From the NCBI RefSeq assembly GCF_006345805.1, contig NW_021834873.1:1-43889 (forward strand): DNA of 43,889 nucleotides, in the 5' to 3' direction. Each line of letters starts with the position of its first letter. The first letter of the stretch is position 1. Below are positions 39,114 to 43,889 of the stretch, one piece after another. Under the pieces are notes generated by a model. The model saw nothing but the letters and a program-made list of their open reading frames with translations, had not been told where the DNA came from and did no database searches. The position numbers and the translations under genes were made by a program. Source of the DNA: Octopus sinensis (lineage: Eukaryota).

Positions 39114-39220
39114 CGACGGGCTTCTCTCAGTTTCCGTCTACAAAATCTTCTTACAAAGCTTTGGTCGGCTACGCAGTGGGACTGAATCCAGGTTGGTAAG
39201 TAAGCTACTTACCACACAGC
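38410..39220 (-). mobile_element. SINE family B split by a Penelope-type insertion (38660-~39075) in its internal microsatellite
   Basis: The tail half (38410-38630) and head half (39112-39220) are separated by a repeat homologous to 28865-29260. On the minus strand the insert carries GGCTG...CAGCC-GAAA (38801-38758). Confidence 0.75.
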
Positions 39221-39389
39221 CAAAGGATTATGAGGGCTCATACTACAGAAACAGGAACCAAGAGGGTACATATGAAGAAATAAGGTAGAGAACTGTTGAT
39301 TTTGATGGTGGGTTGAAGAGAAATAATAATGGCTTGGAAAAAGTTGGGTTGGTTTTGTTATTTAATAAGATAAAGATATTCTTGAAGAC

Positions 39390-39620
39390 TTCAAGTTTAA
39401 ATTTCTCATGTGCATAAGGTTGGAATAATTCTTCTCTTCTTATAAAGTGTGTCCACTGGTAAGATCAATCTATGATTTTCATGTTAAACATAGATTGCCT
39501 CGTCCATTAAATGTGTTGGCTTTGGTGACAAGACTTGAGATTCTGCGTCGAATGATCATCTTTCTATTTTTATGATTCATGGTAATTTCCAAATAATTGG
39601 CAATTTGGGGATTAGTGTGA
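39390..39620 (-). pseudogene. Penelope-like element GIY-YIG endonuclease C-terminal relic
   Basis: The interrupted minus-strand translation ANTFNGRGNLCLT*KS*I...TL/RREELFQPYAHEKFKL resembles the C.LCL.EK..I...LN.R.E....C.H..KF end of Penelope-class ORFs. Confidence 0.55.
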
Positions 39621-40278
39621 CGTGAAGCCTTTAGGATAAGCTGTGTGACGATCCTAATTAAATTTTTTTATAATAGTATCAGCATTGTGTTTTTATTTTC
39701 TTTTTGTTCTTTATTCAGCCTGACAAATATGGCCGCTATGTCATTGTTATTTACGCTACGGTTGAATAACTGCAACTAATCAGTATGAAACCAGCGGACC
39801 ACACTAATCCAAATCATTTTCTAGAATAGAATTATTCATCCACCATATTAGTGTTGATTACTCACTTCCTCCTTCGTTACTCATGTGTGCGTATGTAAGG
39901 AGTGTGTGTGTGCATGTGTATGTATAGTGGTGCGTAATCAGTTGCAGTCCTTTGGATCAAATCTCCGCAGCAAAATACCACAAAATCTTGATACCGCATC
40001 CTATAATTAGAAATATCCTCCTGCTTATCCGTCAAGTGGCTCTTCATACATTGCATGTGTACGTTCTTTGTTATCTCATTCTTTTCAGAACCACCTTAGC
40101 GAATGACCACTCCATTTTTAAGACATTATAGTGTGATTTTGTGGAGGTTTTGCTACCATTTCTAACGTTTCTAGCAACCGTGTAAAAGAAAAGACCGGTT
40201 TTTGGCACTATGTGCAGTTGATTTTTCTGCCGCTACCATTATTGCATGGATATGCATGAATGCCTATATATATGATAT

Positions 40279-40311
<33 letters not shown>

Positions 40312-40342
40312 TATATATTGTGAGATTAATATAATAGAATAT

Positions 40343-40397
<55 letters not shown>

Positions 40398-40402
40398 GAT
40401 AT

Positions 40403-40467
<65 letters not shown>

Positions 40468-40685
40468 CGATGTAGAAAAAGACGTTTACCAATATGGAGG
40501 TGTCAAACCCGCAACGCAACAAGCCAATCGTGTACATCACTGAAAATAGCACACATTAATCATTCGCAATATATTGTTCCCAATATCGATCTGAAGGCTA
40601 AAACTTCTCATAATTCATATTTTTAGAGAAACCAATCAGATTATTATTTCATTAGCTCAAACGAACGAATAGAACGGTGAGTGAA

Positions 40686-40767
40686 TGCCATGTTAATGTT
40701 CAGCGTATGGCCGCCGATATTAAATTCTCACACCATTGTTGTACGACAAACGCCAACATTAGCGGCA
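40686..40767 (-). ncRNA. Candidate hairpin RNA (weaker)
   Basis: Minus strand: UGCCG/UGGCA, UAAUGUU/AACAUUA, GGCGU/ACGCU, UG/CA and UCGU/GCGG, with bulges. Confidence 0.25.
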
Positions 40768-40889
40768 CATAATGAGAAGAGAGTACCATTTTTTTTTAAT
40801 CTTATTCTTTCTTCTTTTCATTTCAACTTTAGCATTTATTATCGGCTTACTATTGTGGAGCGTAGGAATAAAAGTCTTGCAGTTATCAC

Positions 40890-41370
40890 TTCGTTAATTC
40901 TCGTTGCGTTCTGAGATCAAATCCTACCGTTAACAATTTTTTTCTTCCAATCTTTCTGGGTCGACATAGAATTACCACTTTTTCTTAGAGCGTATAGCAC
41001 TTCGATGTAAGATTCTCCAGTTTCATCGATGTGAACGCAATTTTCTCCAAGAGAAGGACTTGGAAGAATCGTTACAGCGCCGGACAATATGCTGAGTGAC
41101 ATTTTGCAAGCTTTACGTTTCTGTATTCAAATTTCGCCGAGAGAATAAGTCCCAGGCTTACAAAGCATAATTCCAAGGATTGATTTATTCGACTAAAAGA
41201 CGGTGCTCTAGCATGGCCGCAGTCAAATGAGTGAAACAAATATAATAATAAAAGAGAACTGCATTTAGTCTAACAAATCAGCCTCAGGATTCTTTGTAAG
41301 CCTAGTAACTATTCTATCGAGATTTGGGCCGACCGCTAGATTACAGGGACGTAAACACATCAATATATAT

Positions 41371-41436
<66 letters not shown>

Positions 41437-41565
41437 TAGGATCTTTTCAGTTTCCGACTACCAAATCCACTAACAAGGATTTGGTCAGCCCGAGGATAGA
41501 GTAGAAGACAGTGGGACTTTAACCTGGAACTATGGGTGTGGTAAGCAAGCTACTTACCGCAGAAC
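40890..41565. mobile_element. Mosaic of SINE A fragments (+), a SINE B tail (+, 41143-41240) and SINE B (-, ~41260-41560)
   Basis: Family motifs as above. Confidence 0.8.
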
Positions 41566-41887
41566 CGTATATGCATGTTTAAACAAACCTGTGTTTCTAA
41601 GTGCATTTCTAAAAATGTATGAACATATTTGCGTTTCAGAATGAGCGAACGAAGTGTTTGATTTCACAGGATTCATACACGTTGGTACGTTCAAGTGTGT
41701 CTACGCAAATTGTGTATGAAATATAGAGAATGTGTTTATGGCAGTTGTTAAGAGTGATATATATTTTAGTGTGCATATGCGTGTATGTGAACTCGTGTGA
41801 GCATCTCTCTCCTTCTCATTAAATATATATGTATATATATAGAGAGATAGATAGATAGATAGATTGAAGGAAGGATATGTATATGTA

Positions 41888-41919
<32 letters not shown>

Positions 41920-42025
41920 ATGCGTGTATGTGTGCTTGTATATATCTATGTATTTATGTATATGTGTATATATATATGTAGGTATCTATCTATATTTGTA
42001 TATATATACATGTATATATATATAC

Positions 42026-42087
<62 letters not shown>

Positions 42088-42533
42088 GTATATATATTAT
42101 ACATATATATATATGTATGTATATATGTATGTATCATGCATATATATATATATATATATATATAGATGTATATATATATATAAGTATATATACATATATA
42201 TATATACATATATATATATATAAGTATATATATAAGTATATATATATATATACATACATATATGCATACATACATATATACATACATACGTACGTGCATA
42301 CATACATGCTGCCAACTGAAAGTATGATTCTCAGATTTTGGCAACTGTATGGTCGGGTGTAAAAGATGCTTTATCTATCGATTTTATATCTGGATTTTTA
42401 CCAATCCAGATAAGCTGTAGAACAGAGCAACTAATTGGAAAATAATTCTGGTAGAGTGAGATTTAGTCAGCCTACTCCGGCTTCCCTCCCCTCTCTCTCT
42501 CTCTCTCTCTCTTCCACTTTGCCTCTTTCCCCT

Positions 42534-42564
<31 letters not shown>

Positions 42565-43124
42565 CGGTATGCGGGTATTTGTGTATCTTAGTATATATGG
42601 ATAGATAAATCTTGAGATATGAAAGTAGGTATATCGACGTGTATGTATGTGTATATGCGTGTAGGTATGTATGTATGTATGTATGTATGTATGTATGTAT
42701 GTATGTATGTATGTATGTATGTGTGTATGTGTGTATGTAAGTATGTATGAACATATGTAGATACATATATACGTAAACATATATACTTATATATACATGC
42801 ATATATAACTATATGAATGCGTGTACAAATACACACAGAGAAACAGACATGCATTCTGGCAGAAAGACAGACAGACAAACTGACAAACAGACAGACAGAA
42901 AGACAGAAAGCAGACAGACAGGCATATAATATATAACACACCACCATAATTATAATATATATGTAATAATGCGAGGGGTGTAGAAATGTTGCTGTCTTTC
43001 GGTAAAAGGAAATACAAGATGATCAATTAATTAATTATGATTGCATTCACACATTTCCCACCTCAGATTGTCCTTCACTGAAACCATTATTGTGCACTTC
43101 TGAATCCTAACCATTGGAGGGCAG

Positions 43125-43240
43125 ATCTTCATTGATGAAAGTTGTAGGGTACATCAGCCGAAACGTTGTGTTAACAACAAACAAGTTGAAGAGAAATATC
43201 CGTAAATGTAAATAATGTACATAATTCCTCATCTCTTAAA
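43125..43240 (+). mobile_element. Penelope-type repeat with degenerate hammerhead motif
   Basis: TTGATGA-A-AGTTG-TAGGGTACAT-CAGCC-GAAA-CGTT (43132-43167). Palindromic AACGTT stem III is present, but stem I cannot form. Confidence 0.65.
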
Positions 43241-43329
43241 TTGATTTTTTTTTTCCCGCAAAGGGACAGGCCATCTCTTAAATAACAGAACTGTAGTGTT
43301 AGTCTTCTATAATAATTCCTCCATTCACA

Positions 43330-43889
43330 TCTAGGGTACCTGATAGGAATGCCAGATGTACCCGCGTACTTCATTTTAATCGACCCCCCGAATGATTAAA
43401 GATAAAGTGAGTCTTAGTCTTCTATTATTTCCATTACATCTCGATTACTGTATCTCTGTATCGAAAAAAAAAATCGAATGTTGCTATAAAACACGCTCGT
43501 CACAATGCGCTTTCTCGCATTGTTGTAATTTCTCTGAATGTTGCCACCACGCTGGTTAGGCGGGTAGACCAACATTCCCACTGAACAGGTGAATCCATCA
43601 CAAGATTACCGATTTACAGGTAGTGAAATGGAGCACTCGAAATGAAAGTTAGTACTGCTCAACAACAGAACACGTCAGGTGGGTGCCGAACCCTAATCTT
43701 GAAACACCTACCCTCTTGGCCATGCGCCTTCACGGGATACATTCTATAAGTACGGTTCCACATTTTGGTATCAGGGGCAGCAATTTTAGGGGACCGTATA
43801 CTTCGATTACATTGACCCCAGTTCTCACTAGCAACTGTTTTATCAAGACCGAAATGATAAATGGCAAATCGGCCTCGGCAACATTTGAA
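43330..43889 (-). mobile_element. Degraded SINE A (43330-43420, 43770-43889) and SINE C (43495-43733) copies
   Basis: Reverse-strand family motifs (TCGACCCC..GA.TGA..AAAG; GGCCATGCGCCTTCA head). Confidence 0.7.

Noticed and set aside
42387-42412. Perfect 10-bp stem TATCTGGATT/AATCCAGATA
   Set aside because: An isolated short AT-rich hairpin with no supporting context.

Overview
Repeat-dense, AT-rich eukaryotic non-coding DNA. It is most probably intron or intergenic sequence of an octopod cephalopod (Octopus-like), inferred from the SINE families and the extreme microsatellite load. No protein-coding gene can be called with confidence, and almost all of the ORF track is microsatellite read-through. 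The window contains: (i) many tRNA-derived SINEs of at least three families, including a TSD-flanked head + 4x184-bp concatemer; (ii) short Penelope/retrozyme-type elements with hammerhead-ribozyme motifs, one of which (17748-17808, minus strand) looks structurally complete, with a compensatory U3-A8 core pair and a palindromic stem III, at the apex of a ~135-nt rod; (iii) a Tc1/mariner 3' relic, a piggyBac-type MITE, a Helentron-type element and a Penelope GIY-YIG relic; (iv) a CCAAT/CRE/YY1 promoter-like region at ~395-570; (v) unique-sequence islands with RNA-structure signatures, namely a 36-bp long-range inverted repeat (27374-27844) with exon/ECS-like ADAR-substrate geometry and two minus-strand pre-miRNA-like hairpins. 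All coordinates and folds were read by eye, so repeat boundaries are approximate.
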